From NCBI GenBank assembly GCA_044450345.1, contig JBIOIY010000043.1, forward strand, positions 1-26,987: DNA of 26,987 bases, in the 5' to 3' direction. This document shows, in pieces, positions 17,055 through 26,987 of this stretch. A program made the position numbers and the translations under genes. Source of the DNA: Thermodesulfovibrionales bacterium (GTDB taxonomy: Bacteria > Nitrospirota > Thermodesulfovibrionia > Thermodesulfovibrionales > UBA6898). The first letter of the stretch is position 1, and each line of letters starts with the position of its first letter. A model generated the notes under the pieces. It saw only the letters and a program-made list of their open reading frames with translations. It did no database searches and was not told where the DNA came from.

Positions 17055-17158
17055 CTTTCCTCCCATCCGTCAGGCCAGGCGGCCTTTTATTTACATTATA
17101 TATCTGTTCTTGCCTTTCGCGGCAGAGATATGGAAAATAGTTTCTGAAAGGACATTTC

Positions 17159-17443
17159 ATGAAAAAGATGGTACTCGGCATCGGCTTTTACCGGAGGGAG
17201 CAGTGGCCCCTGCTCATTGAGACGGCTGTTGATTCCCCTCTCCTTGAGAAGACGTATGACGACTGGATGGCGGTCCTCGACTCCTCGATCGAAAAAATCC
17301 GTGCAACCGGACTGGAACCCGAACTCGTCGACATAGACGTAGAGGAACTTCTCGCATTCTGCAAGGAGGAGGGGCTTCCGAACAATGCCGCATGCCGGGC
17401 CAGATTCATCGCAAAACTCTCCTCAGAACGCAATAAAGAGTGA
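17159..17443 (+). CDS. Hypothetical protein
   Basis: 94-aa ORF with SD AAGGA. Confidence 0.75.
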   Translation: MKKMVLGIGFYRREQWPLLIETAVDSPLLEKTYDDWMAVLDSSIEKIRATGLEPELVDIDVEELLAFCKEEGLPNNAACRARFIAKLSSERNKE

Positions 17444-17491
17444 TGTTTATTTCCCTCTGGACATTCATGAAAAAACCGCTATCCTTATAGT

Positions 17492-18040
17492 ATGGAGTTG
17501 AGGACACTGAGGTTCGTTCTTATCCTGGTCATTGTGACAGCGTCTCTCTCTCTTTATTCATTTATGGCCGCAGGAAAGGAGGCAAAGATGACCGAAGCAT
17601 TCAGGCTATCAAGCACTGTATTTGAAAATAACGGGAGTATACCGCTGAAGTTCACATGCGACGGCATGGATATAAACCCGCCCCTTCTGGTCTATGGCGT
17701 TCCCGCCGGCGCAAAGTCACTGGCGCTCATCGTCGATGACCCCGACGCCCCGAGGGGCATGTGGGTACACTGGGTAGTATGGAACATCGATCCGAAGACC
17801 ACGGAGGTCAGGGAGGATTCCGTGCCGAAGGGAGCGGCGCAGGGGATGAACGACTTCAGAAAACATGATTACGGCGGCCCCTGTCCTCCGTCAGGCACTC
17901 ACAGATATTTCTTCAAGCTCTACGCCCTTGATGCTCAGCTCACTATCGGACCAAACTCAGAGAAGACGGCCCTCGAAAAAGCGATGCAGGGGCATATCAT
18001 TTCGCAGACCCAGATAATGGGCACTTATAAGAGGAAATAA
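17492..18040 (+). CDS. YbhB/YbcL family Raf kinase inhibitor-like (PEBP) protein
   Basis: LALIVDDPDAP, WVHWVVWNI, YGGPCPP, HRYFFKLYALD; alternative start at 17588. Confidence 0.95.
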   Translation: MELRTLRFVLILVIVTASLSLYSFMAAGKEAKMTEAFRLSSTVFENNGSIPLKFTCDGMDINPPLLVYGVPAGAKSLALIVDDPDAPRGMWVHWVVWNIDPKTTEVREDSVPKGAAQGMNDFRKHDYGGPCPPSGTHRYFFKLYALDAQLTIGPNSEKTALEKAMQGHIISQTQIMGTYKRK

Positions 18041-18168
18041 CCGGCTTTACTATCGGGATGTTCATCCCGGTTAGAGATCAAGCTCTAAGGGGATTTTACA
18101 TAGTTGCCACTGCTTGCCTGAAAGTTCAAATCAAATCTATTTCGGATGGATGTCTTAAAGACACTTTA

Positions 18169-18792
18169 TCAGAAGGCAATGCCGGGTTCGGCATGCCTGC
18201 AGCTCTTCGCAGCCTTAATGACCTTTTCTGCTGAATCAATTCCGAGTGCCATCATTTCCCGCATTTGTATCTGAAAGATCTGGGCTGCAAAAAAGGCATC
18301 TGCAACTGCATTATGGCGGTAATACTGTTCCAGACCATACGTTGCGATCATACCATCGAGGCTGAAATTATTTTCCTCGGTTTTCCGTTTCAGCATCAGC
18401 CATCGCTCTACCATTGCTATGTCAATAAGATCCCTTTTAAATCGCACTCCCAATGACTTGAAGTTGGTTTTCAAAAATGTGAAATCAAACTCGACAGAAT
18501 GACCTACGAGGATACCATCCAGAGCCTTCTGGATTCGGTCAGAGACCTCCTCAAATACCGGCGCATCCGTAAGATTATCCTCGCTTATGCCGTGGTACCT
18601 CATTGCCTTATAATTGTAACTCTTAGGTTTAATCAGGGTATAAAAAGTATCCCGCACAAGGATTTTTAAATTAATGATAGGCACACAGGCAAATGATATA
18701 ATCTCATCCTTGTCAAAGTCTAACCCTGTGGTCTCAATGTCAATGGCAATAAATTTGGCAGCTTTCAGGTCCGTGGAACGATATATTCTCAT
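18169..18792 (-). CDS. DEDDh 3'-5' exonuclease (DnaQ-like)
   Basis: AIDIETTGLD, LVGHSVEFD, RHNAVADA. Confidence 0.92.
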   Translation of the reverse strand: MRIYRSTDLKAAKFIAIDIETTGLDFDKDEIISFACVPIINLKILVRDTFYTLIKPKSYNYKAMRYHGISEDNLTDAPVFEEVSDRIQKALDGILVGHSVEFDFTFLKTNFKSLGVRFKRDLIDIAMVERWLMLKRKTEENNFSLDGMIATYGLEQYYRHNAVADAFFAAQIFQIQMREMMALGIDSAEKVIKAAKSCRHAEPGIAF

Positions 18793-20607
18793 CTATAATT
18801 GACTATAAATGACGGTTCGACTGACGTCATATTTTTTCATCAGGAACTTCTGAAATTCCGAGACGATCTTTAGCGACTCCTTTAATATGAGCAAATCGAT
18901 ATGCGAGAGTTCCTTGGCACTTATCAAATTGTTTGTCAGAGATTTATTCAGCACTGCCCCTGCTTGATGTCTCAACCTTAAATCCTGCAGAAAGCCATAC
19001 GACTCGATGAGATCGTCGCACATTTCGTTGCTGATCGTCATACTGGCACTCAGCGCCTCCAATCTTTCCTTGGTGTTGGTTATCCCCCAAACTCCGCTGT
19101 CTATGGCGAGGACCCTTGCTCCGTTTACAATAGGATAAATACCATAGGTCTTCAGGTCCACACCCTGATGGAGACCCTGGATTCCGAATATCCCGAGTGG
19201 TGGCCTGATTTCAATGGCATCCTCGGCCATCAGTTTTACGGCCTCGGCTTTTACTGCCGGTTTTATCGATTCCAGCAATTCATTGTATAAGGCTGTCTCT
19301 CCGTATACCGGTCTCATGTCCAGAAACACAGAAAGGTATCGCAGATGATAAGGAATCGGATCTGAAAACCACTGTTTGAAGTACTCTTTCCATACCGGCA
19401 GGGGCTGATTCCACATGCTGTTGGATGCCATGTAGTTTCCGAGGCACTTGGGGATGCCGATTTTGGCCAGTGACTCATTGATAGTATCAGCCAGTGGCGC
19501 GGGATTATCTCCCAGATAGATTAAGGCATTGTCCTGATCGGTAGAGATGATCTCTTCCTTTCTGCCGGAACTGCCCATATGGACCCATAGGAAATGAGCA
19601 GGGGCATGTTCAGCGATAAGGATCTGAATTACCTTGTGCACTACGGCATCATGAACTGAGCATAACACCCTGGTCAAGTCGAAGAAATTCGGACCGGTCA
19701 TCGCAATCTTCGAGACCGATACCATGAGACCTTCGAAGACGGTTTTAAGCTCCTCCATGGAAGCCGCCTTGAGAACCTTTCTGAACAGTTTGACTATGGA
19801 AAAGGAGGGTTCGAGGTGGATCTGAATGTCCTTCCTGGTGATTATACCAAAGACTTTATCATCCTTAGTGACAACGAGGTGGTCTATTCCGGCATCGATC
19901 ATTTTTGTAAAGGCATCGAAGATTGTTGTCCTGGCGGTAATGGTCTTAACAGGAGATGACATAAACTTGGAAATCGGATCTGATTTTTCTCCTCGCATGA
20001 TGACCTTCCTCAAGTCCTTATGGGTGAGGATGCCGATTGGTTTCATATCGTCGTCTACAACAATAATTGAACTGATCGCATTCTTATCCATCTCGGCAGC
20101 AGCGATCGCCAGCGTCAACGTATCATTGCACACAACAGGTTTTTTGTAGATTATTTTTTCAACTTCCAGAACAAATGAAGCTTCCTCAAGGATCTTCTTA
20201 TCGGATGCTACGGTCTTAAAAGAGCGAAAACTTCTATTCATGAATGTGGAGAAAAACGATGCAAATCTTTCATTTGCATCAAGGATTACCTTAAATTGCT
20301 GCGCTGCTACCAAATAGCAGACCGTATCCTCCATAGCTTTGGCAGTAAAATTCAAAGGAATTCCATATATTGATTTAATGCCGAAGATTTCACCCCTTGA
20401 AAGGTAATCGACAGCCTCATCATCAAAAAGGCCGACAACTCCTGAGAATATCACGTAAACGTATTCTGAAATCTGCCCTTTTTTATAGATTATTTTGCCT
20501 TTTTCAAACAACTCGACATCTAAAGCAGATATCAGGATGTCTAAATCGTGTTCCGATAGAAAAGAAAAGGGACGGATATTGCGTATAAACTCCTTGGGCG
20601 GGATCAT
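18793..20607 (-). CDS. cNMP-binding, CBS-pair, DUF294 nucleotidyltransferase-like protein
   Basis: N-terminal cNMP (GEIFG), two CBS repeats (GILTHKDLR, GIITRKDI), MGSSGRKEE..STDQDNAL, DLKTYGIYPIV. Confidence 0.92.
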   Translation of the reverse strand: MIPPKEFIRNIRPFSFLSEHDLDILISALDVELFEKGKIIYKKGQISEYVYVIFSGVVGLFDDEAVDYLSRGEIFGIKSIYGIPLNFTAKAMEDTVCYLVAAQQFKVILDANERFASFFSTFMNRSFRSFKTVASDKKILEEASFVLEVEKIIYKKPVVCNDTLTLAIAAAEMDKNAISSIIVVDDDMKPIGILTHKDLRKVIMRGEKSDPISKFMSSPVKTITARTTIFDAFTKMIDAGIDHLVVTKDDKVFGIITRKDIQIHLEPSFSIVKLFRKVLKAASMEELKTVFEGLMVSVSKIAMTGPNFFDLTRVLCSVHDAVVHKVIQILIAEHAPAHFLWVHMGSSGRKEEIISTDQDNALIYLGDNPAPLADTINESLAKIGIPKCLGNYMASNSMWNQPLPVWKEYFKQWFSDPIPYHLRYLSVFLDMRPVYGETALYNELLESIKPAVKAEAVKLMAEDAIEIRPPLGIFGIQGLHQGVDLKTYGIYPIVNGARVLAIDSGVWGITNTKERLEALSASMTISNEMCDDLIESYGFLQDLRLRHQAGAVLNKSLTNNLISAKELSHIDLLILKESLKIVSEFQKFLMKKYDVSRTVIYSQL

Positions 20608-21065
20608 TTATTATCCAAAGGGAGCGTGCCTTGATGGTGCATAATAAGAACGCTTAGTAATCCGCTGATCCCTTAGACTCAATACTGAGTGACCGAACGT
20701 GCTGAAAACCTTGGATGTTATTATTGATGACGTTTTGCAGTTCATCCTTCGACTCCGATATGAAATGCATCAATCGTATTACTGTCAAAACATTATTTTT
20801 ATCATACCACATTTAAAAGCATGCTGTTAGCTCCTGGGGAGACCACACTTAATTCCTTGTAATTAATGGTACATCCGACACATAAAAGCAGTGAGTCCGA
20901 TTTTGCCGTAGCAGCGGCCTTATTTGACGGGGAGACGTCGCGGTGCGGTGTATATAGGGAAAAATGAACGGCAGCTCCTATTTTCCGAAGGTGTCGAATA
21001 GAAGGGGAAAGAAAGGTCATATTAGTCAAGATGACCACTGACGGGTGCAGTCCTAACCTTAAAAA

Positions 21066-21809
21066 TTATGACGGCGCCCGGGTCTTAATGTATCGTCCCC
21101 CGGTCCAGATCAGGACCGCCGCAAAGACCACCCGCAAGGCCCCCTCGGGGAGTCTGTGCGCCAAAGTACCCCCGAGATACGTCCCGAGAAGGATCCCCGG
21201 AATGAGACCCGGCAGGAGTTTGGCCTCCACATTTCCAAGACGCCAGTGCGCATAGGCGCCGGCCCCGCCGGCAGGGACCATCGCCAGGAGTGAACTCCCC
21301 TGCGCCATATGCTGGCCGAACCCTGCGAGAAGGACCATAGCGGGGACCATGATGGTCCCGCCTCCAACGCCCATCATACCTGAAAGAAACCCGGTAAAGG
21401 CTCCTGTGACGAGAAGGACGACAGCCTTGCCCCATCCGCTTGCCGAACCGATCACGTGAGAAAGATATGGTTTCAGGAGAAGGAGCACCGAAACGAAGAT
21501 CAAAAAACCACCGAAGGCCCTTTTGAGTATCCATTCGGGAAGGGCGTGCGCAAAATGAGCCCCCGAACGCGCCGTTACGACTGCGGTGACAGCGAGGGAG
21601 AGCGCTGCCGTAACGTCTACCGATCCCTTCATGGCGTAGGTCACCGCTCCTGATATCCCGGTAAACACAAGCGCGACAAGACTTGTGCCATGGGCCCTGT
21701 GCTGGCCGAGTTTTAAGAAACCTACCATCAGGGGGATCATAATGACCCCTCCTCCAAGACCTACGAGGCCCCCGAAGATACCTGCCAAAAGACCGATAAA
21801 AAGATTCAT
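21066..21809 (-). CDS. Full-length TauE/SafE sulfite exporter family protein
   Basis: Two repeats: GLGGGVIMIP...AHGTSL and GVGGGTIMVP...AQGSSL. Confidence 0.93.
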   Translation of the reverse strand: MNLFIGLLAGIFGGLVGLGGGVIMIPLMVGFLKLGQHRAHGTSLVALVFTGISGAVTYAMKGSVDVTAALSLAVTAVVTARSGAHFAHALPEWILKRAFGGFLIFVSVLLLLKPYLSHVIGSASGWGKAVVLLVTGAFTGFLSGMMGVGGGTIMVPAMVLLAGFGQHMAQGSSLLAMVPAGGAGAYAHWRLGNVEAKLLPGLIPGILLGTYLGGTLAHRLPEGALRVVFAAVLIWTGGRYIKTRAPS

Positions 21810-21827
21810 TAAAACCCCGCGAACAGA

Positions 21828-24044
21828 TCAGACTTCGGCTGTGGAAGCCTTGCGCTCCGGTTTAAAATACAGGACGGCGAGCGGAGGAAGCGTGATCTTG
21901 GTGGAGCAGGGTTTCCCGTGCCACGGCACGTTTTCCGAGAAGACCCCGCCCAGGTTCCCCATGTTGCTGCCCCAGTTATCCCGGGAGTCGCTGTTCATTA
22001 TCTCTTTGTAAAAACATTTCTCGGGAACGCCTATCCTGTATCCCTCTCGTGGGATCGGGGTAAAATTACAGACAACGACGATATAATCGTCAGGTTCCTT
22101 CGCTCGCCTTATGAAGGCGATGATGCTGCTGTCGGCGTCCCTGAAATCTATCCACTCGAACCCCCTGGCTTCAAAATCGACCTCATGAAGAGCGGGCTCG
22201 GCCGCGTATGCGGCATTGAGACCGCGGACGTACTTCTGCAGCCTCCAGTGCTCCTCCTTCTCGAGAAGCTGCCAGTCGAGGCCCTGATCGAATTTCCATT
22301 CGTCCCACTGCCCGAACTCGTCCCCCATAAAAAGGAGCTTTTTGCCGGGGTGGGCGTACATGAAACCATAGAAGAGCCTCAGGTTGGCGAACTTTCTCCA
22401 GATATCGCCGGGCATTTTGTTCAGCATTGACCTCTTCCCATGGACAACCTCATCATGGGAAAGGACAAGGACGAAATTTTCAGTGAAGGCGTAGATGAGG
22501 CCGAAGGTCAGATTGTTGTGATGGTATCGGCGGTGTATCGGGTCCTTCGAAATATAGACGAGCATATCGTTCATCCATCCCATGTTCCATTTCATGTCGA
22601 AGCCCAGCCCCCCGAGATAAACCGGCTTTGAGACGCTAGGCCACGCGGTCGATTCTTCGGCGATCGTAAGTATGCCCGGGAAGAGCTGGTGCGTGATCTC
22701 GTTGAATTTTTTTATGAACTCGATCGCCTCGAGGTTTTCGTTGCCTCCGTGAATGTTCGGGATCCATTCGCCCGGCCTCCTCGAATAATCGAGGTAGATC
22801 ATCGAGGCGACCGCGTCGACCCTCAACCCGTCTATATGGTACTTCTCAAGCCAGAAGAGGGCATTCGATATAAGAAAATTCATTACCTCTTTGCGGCCGT
22901 AATTGAAGATCAGGGTCCCCCAGTCTTTATGTTCTCCCTTGCGCTTGTCCATATGCTCGTAAAGGCATGTCCCGTCGAAGAAACCGAGGCCGTGTCCGTC
23001 CTTAGGGAAATGCGCCGGCACCCAGTCGAGGATGACGCCGATGTCGTTGCGGTGACACATGTCGACAAAGAACATAAAATCTTCAGGCGTGCCGAACCTG
23101 CTCGTCGGCGCAAAGTACCCTACTGTCTGGTATCCCCACGAGGCGTCAAGCGGATGCTCGGACACGGGAAGAAGTTCTATATGCGTAAAGCCCATAAATT
23201 TAATGTACGGTATCAGCAGGCCGGCAAGCTCCCTGTAAGTGAGGAACCTGTTCCCCTCTTCCTTACACCTCATCCAGGAGCCCAGGTGAACCTCATACAC
23301 CGACATGGGAGCTTCGAACCAGTTCGTGCGTTCGCGTTTTTTCATCCATTTCTTGTCGGACCAGGAATACTCGTTTATGTCATGAACGATAGAGGCGCTC
23401 TTCGGTCTCATCTCGAAATAGAAACCGTAGGGATCAGCCTTCACTGCGCGATAGTTATGGTAACGAGATTTGATATCGAATTTGTAGAGTTCCCCTTCGC
23501 CAAGCCCGGGGATAAATATCTCCCATATCCCAGATCCCACGAGTAACCGCATAGGGTGGTGCCTGTTGTCCCAGGCGTTGAAATCGCCGATAACGCTCGC
23601 ACTTTTCGCGTTCGGAGCCCAGACCGCGAAATGCACACCCTTCACCCCGCCTAACTCGATTACATGGGCCCCGAGTTTCTCGTATTTCTTATAATGACTG
23701 CCCTCGCCTATCAGATGCAGGTCATAATCAGTGAGGACCTGGCCAAAGGAGTATGGGTCGACGATTTCGGATATATCTCCTTCAGAAGTCTCCATCCCAA
23801 TGCGGTAGGAAAATGTTTCTCCAGGTATATAGGCGGAGTAGAAACCCTTCTTGTGTACCTTCTCCATCGCATACGCCTTCTGCGTCCGTTCATCGATGAC
23901 CCAGGCCTCCGCGACCTCCGGAAGGAAGGCCCTGACCTCAAGACCCTTTTCATCCCCTTCTCCGACAACATGCATGCCGAGCACCGAAAAAGGATCACCG
24001 TGGAGACCGTCGACAACGAGTTTGATGTCTTCCTTAAGCCCCAT
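21828..24044 (-). CDS. glgB: 1,4-alpha-glucan branching enzyme
   Basis: [58 protein letters not shown] before ATG 24044. Confidence 0.97.
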   Translation of the reverse strand: MGLKEDIKLVVDGLHGDPFSVLGMHVVGEGDEKGLEVRAFLPEVAEAWVIDERTQKAYAMEKVHKKGFYSAYIPGETFSYRIGMETSEGDISEIVDPYSFGQVLTDYDLHLIGEGSHYKKYEKLGAHVIELGGVKGVHFAVWAPNAKSASVIGDFNAWDNRHHPMRLLVGSGIWEIFIPGLGEGELYKFDIKSRYHNYRAVKADPYGFYFEMRPKSASIVHDINEYSWSDKKWMKKRERTNWFEAPMSVYEVHLGSWMRCKEEGNRFLTYRELAGLLIPYIKFMGFTHIELLPVSEHPLDASWGYQTVGYFAPTSRFGTPEDFMFFVDMCHRNDIGVILDWVPAHFPKDGHGLGFFDGTCLYEHMDKRKGEHKDWGTLIFNYGRKEVMNFLISNALFWLEKYHIDGLRVDAVASMIYLDYSRRPGEWIPNIHGGNENLEAIEFIKKFNEITHQLFPGILTIAEESTAWPSVSKPVYLGGLGFDMKWNMGWMNDMLVYISKDPIHRRYHHNNLTFGLIYAFTENFVLVLSHDEVVHGKRSMLNKMPGDIWRKFANLRLFYGFMYAHPGKKLLFMGDEFGQWDEWKFDQGLDWQLLEKEEHWRLQKYVRGLNAAYAAEPALHEVDFEARGFEWIDFRDADSSIIAFIRRAKEPDDYIVVVCNFTPIPREGYRIGVPEKCFYKEIMNSDSRDNWGSNMGNLGGVFSENVPWHGKPCSTKITLPPLAVLYFKPERKASTAEV

Positions 24045-24169
24045 TCCCTTCCTTTCTACTCCGTACGCTGCTGATATGGTATTGCAAAACAAGAAACTTC
24101 ACAAGCAAAATCCTTGCGCTGCTCTTGATTACCGTGGGGCTGAGAATTCCGGATGGGGAAGTTATAATG

Positions 24170-24328
24170 AAAAAAAAATGACCGTAAGGCCGGGGTCGTA
24201 AGTGCCACAGGCGACTGGTTACACATCAAGATATGAACCGCAGGGATATCCGGGCATGTCAGTCCACGGTGGATTATCGTCCCACGCATTATTTCTCGCG
24301 CCGATCGAATCCCTCCGACGGGTTCGTG
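24170..24328 (-). ncRNA. Candidate structured small RNA or long glgB leader
   Basis: Downstream of a TTGACA promoter; several hairpins; ends in a short stem followed by U9. Confidence 0.35.
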
Positions 24329-24332
24329 CCAG

Positions 24333-24360
24333 AGAATAAATAAAGCACGAAACATGTCAA
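24333..24360 (-). promoter_or_regulatory. Sigma-70 promoter pointing toward glgB
   Basis: TTGACA-N16-TATTCT on the minus strand. Confidence 0.6.
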
Positions 24361-24454
24361 GAATTATTTCGGTTGCGCGAAGAGAATAAGCCGGAGGCGA
24401 TACCTGCACGGCGGTTATTTAGGTCAGAACCCGCACGCAGTTCAGCGAAACCTG

Positions 24455-24483
24455 TTGACATATATGTAAATAATTTTTATTAT
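24455..24483 (+). promoter_or_regulatory. Sigma-70 promoter of the cytochrome/porin operon
   Basis: TTGACA-N17-TATTAT. Confidence 0.7.
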
Positions 24484-24510
24484 TGTACACGAAATAATAA
24501 GGAGGGAACC

Positions 24511-25509
24511 ATGATAATGTCACGAAGTCTTCTCCTCTTACTTTTAATCATCCCTGCAATAGTTCTTTCGGGCTGTGAATCTCTTAAGTCATCGAAGGCC
24601 ATACTTCCGATCAAGGAATATGAGCTGATGATAGCAGGAAGGCTCGACGCCAACTACGTGGGTACGGCTAACTGCCTGTCTGCATGCCACTATCACGACA
24701 GGATAAAGCGTGATTTTGATGCGAGCACCATGGGTGTCCAACTATCAAAAAAATCCGGGATGCCTCTGGTCGACTGCGAATCCTGCCACGGACCGGGCAG
24801 CCTGGCGATCGAGGGCCTGACCCCGGAAAAGGTCGAGCAGGGCGCAAAGGAGGGGAAACAGACGGCATGCGATTTCAGGACGCTGATCGACATCAAAAAC
24901 CTCCCGGCGCAGGCCAGGTCGCTCATATGCCTCAAATGTCATAGCGCCAATGCGACCTTCAACCTGCATAACTGGAATGCCAGCGCCCACTCCATCGGCG
25001 ACGTTTCCTGCTCCGAATGTCACAAGGTCCACGCGGGACCTGATTTAACGGTAAGACTCGACGATATGGCGGGCATGTGCGAGAAGTGTCACATGGATGT
25101 GCAGGCCGAGTTCTCCCTGCCCAGTCACCACCCGATACACGAAAAAAAGATCTTCTGCATAAGCTGCCATGATGCCCACGGGTCGACGGGCGATAAAATG
25201 CTCCGCAAGGACATCAAAGAGACCTGCACCCAGTGCCATGCCGAAAAAGAGGGGCCCTTTGTCTTCGAACATGCGGATCTGACGGAGGACTGCAGGACTT
25301 GCCACGCTCCTCACGGTTCCGTCAATAATAACCTGCTGACACAGCAACTGCCGTTTCTGTGCCTTCAGTGCCACTCGGGGCACAGGACGTCGAGCACCTC
25401 CTCTGCCTCATCGAAGGCGGCGTTTTATACGAGATGTACGGACTGCCATTCTCAGATCCACGGCTCAGATATTCCTTCTCCTGTCGGCAGGAGAAGGTTT
25501 ACGCAATAG
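24511..25509 (+). CDS. Decaheme c-type cytochrome lipoprotein (DmsE/MtrA-like)
   Basis: Nine CxxCH plus one CX3CH (CLSACH); lipobox LSGC; AEKEGPFVFEH and CTDCHSQIHGSD motifs; SD AAGGAGG. Confidence 0.92.
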   Translation: MIMSRSLLLLLLIIPAIVLSGCESLKSSKAILPIKEYELMIAGRLDANYVGTANCLSACHYHDRIKRDFDASTMGVQLSKKSGMPLVDCESCHGPGSLAIEGLTPEKVEQGAKEGKQTACDFRTLIDIKNLPAQARSLICLKCHSANATFNLHNWNASAHSIGDVSCSECHKVHAGPDLTVRLDDMAGMCEKCHMDVQAEFSLPSHHPIHEKKIFCISCHDAHGSTGDKMLRKDIKETCTQCHAEKEGPFVFEHADLTEDCRTCHAPHGSVNNNLLTQQLPFLCLQCHSGHRTSSTSSASSKAAFYTRCTDCHSQIHGSDIPSPVGRRRFTQ

Positions 25510-25523
25510 GGGGACTGAAGACT

Positions 25524-26987
25524 ATGAAGATATATATGTATATAGCACTTATATCGGTACTACTGATGAGCGGCCGGGTCTTTGCCCAGGGAGAAGGTCC
25601 TTCGTCCGGGGAAACAGCCGTCGAGGAAGCCTCTCAGGAAGAAGGGTACACATTCCCTTCGATCAAACCCGAGTTCTCTGTCTCCGGGGGCTACCGGTTC
25701 GTCCACAGCGACGGGTTCGACAGAGCGGCCGAGTATGAATACCTCCATAACTCCCTCACACTCGGCGGTGAGTTCAGGATGTTTTCCTTCCCCAACAGGT
25801 TCCACCTGGAATTCGACGTCAAGAACGAGAAGGACTTTATGGGCGATGTTACCTATATGTATAAGGACATCTTCCGTTTCAGGGGCACCACGAGCAGCCT
25901 CTTCCATAACCTCGATAATATCAAGCTCATCAACCTGGATCCCTCAACCCCTTCACCTGGCGTAGACGTCAGGGACGCCGAGACAAAATACGGGGTCCGG
26001 ACCGGTATAAGCAACGCCTCTCTCAGGTTCAAGACACCCGACTTCCCTTTTCATCTGTATGTCGAGGGAAGTCTGGTAGAGAAGAAGGGAACGCGACAGC
26101 AGATAAGTCTGCTCGGTTCGGGCTCGTTCAATAACATTGTCAGGACCTCCCAGAGCAGAAACATCGATCTTGATACAAAAAGCGTGACCGTCGGCGCAAA
26201 CAGCCATCTCGGGCCGGTCGAAGTCGATTACTCTCATGGTGAAAAAAGACTCGACGCCAATGGCGACAAGGTCCTTTTTGATTCTTACACCGCCTCCCCC
26301 GCGAGGGCGGCGGGGGAATTTCCTCACAATCTCATCCCCGACCTCAAGAGCTCTTCAAACACCATTAAGATCCATACTTCTTACACGGGCGCCCTGGTCG
26401 CATCAGCCACCTTCTCGAAAATCGACAAGGAAAACAAGGACAGCGGCGCCAAGGCGAATTATTTCATAGGCGCCGGAGAAATCTCGTGGGTTGAGTCTCC
26501 GAGGCTGGCCTTCTTTCTCAAGTACAGGCATAAGGAGTCCGATGTAGACAGCCCGGACATAGTGAGCATCACGGACAGGACAAACCCTCTTAACACGTAT
26601 ATCTATGCCGTTGAGCCGGCGATATCGTCGGTGGTCGACACGGTCAGCGGCATCGTCAGATACAGGCTGCTTTCAGGGGTCACCCTCAAGGCGGACTATA
26701 CCTATGAGAACATCCGGCGGGATGTCTCCCCCGAGTGGGACATTCCCGGGAACACGCAGAGGAACACCGCATCGATCTCAGCAGATGTCAGGATCGTCAA
26801 GGGCCTCGACTTCAAGGCAAAATATACGCACAAGTCCATCACCGACCCGGCTTATAATACGGAACCGGACCATTCAGACGAAGGCAAGGTATCGGTCACC
26901 TGGAGACCGCTGCCGCGGCTCAACGCAACGGTCAGTTACAGCATCATCAGCGAAAGAAGGGATGACCTTCTTTTTACCGATACCCCG
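25524..26987 (+). CDS. Outer-membrane beta-barrel protein (MtrB/PioB-like), 3'-truncated by the window edge; absent from the ORF track
   Basis: Open frame from ATG 25524 to the window end (MKIYMYIALISVLLMSGRVFAQ...GGYRFV...RAAEYEYL...), signal peptide, alternating beta-strand pattern, 14 nt after the decaheme gene. Confidence 0.8.
   Translation, partial: MKIYMYIALISVLLMSGRVFAQGEGPSSGETAVEEASQEEGYTFPSIKPEFSVSGGYRFVHSDGFDRAAEYEYLHNSLTLGGEFRMFSFPNRFHLEFDVKNEKDFMGDVTYMYKDIFRFRGTTSSLFHNLDNIKLINLDPSTPSPGVDVRDAETKYGVRTGISNASLRFKTPDFPFHLYVEGSLVEKKGTRQQISLLGSGSFNNIVRTSQSRNIDLDTKSVTVGANSHLGPVEVDYSHGEKRLDANGDKVLFDSYTASPARAAGEFPHNLIPDLKSSSNTIKIHTSYTGALVASATFSKIDKENKDSGAKANYFIGAGEISWVESPRLAFFLKYRHKESDVDSPDIVSITDRTNPLNTYIYAVEPAISSVVDTVSGIVRYRLLSGVTLKADYTYENIRRDVSPEWDIPGNTQRNTASISADVRIVKGLDFKAKYTHKSITDPAYNTEPDHSDEGKVSVTWRPLPRLNATVSYSIISERRDDLLFTDTP

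Noticed and set aside
20900..20960. Resemblance to the 5' Alu part of large SRP RNA (GACGGGGAG..GCGGTGC)
   Set aside because: No downstream SRP S-domain motif; similarity is short
24310..24330. CGAACCCGUC as part of a c-di-AMP riboswitch, or the region as 6S RNA
   Set aside because: Lacks the following AGCUAAC and other conserved blocks; the ends do not form the long 6S rod
25560..26469. Short ORFs listed over the last 1.4 kb
   Set aside because: Alternative frames of the continuous beta-barrel ORF starting at 25524

Overview
Bacterial chromosomal window. The gene content (multiheme cytochrome, sigma-54 promoter, c-di-GMP-I riboswitch) suggests an anaerobic Gram-negative lineage such as Nitrospirota/Thermodesulfovibrionia or Desulfobacterota; this is inference only. 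Bases 1-~4630 form a mosaic accessory region. It has one near-intact and one truncated c-di-GMP-I (GEMM) riboswitch, two ~80-bp direct repeats that are truncated copies of neighbouring genes, a frameshifted secreted IPT/TIG-collagen-like gene, a hidden reverse-transcriptase C-terminal remnant and several cargo genes. The rest is mostly backbone: proS (3' end overlapped by a hidden radical-SAM remnant), a small secreted protein behind a promoter with 11-bp tandem repeats, a lone receiver protein, ychF-hyp-hyp-RNase E/G, NUDIX, a uspA/split-TauE/DUF169 operon, queE, pncB, YbhB/YbcL, an AT-richer cNMP-CBS-nucleotidyltransferase plus exonuclease pair, a full-length TauE, glgB with a candidate structured RNA upstream, and a decaheme lipoprotein cytochrome plus beta-barrel porin that runs off the end. 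No tRNA, rRNA, CRISPR array or intact mobile element was found. Family calls come from motif recognition by eye, with no database searches.
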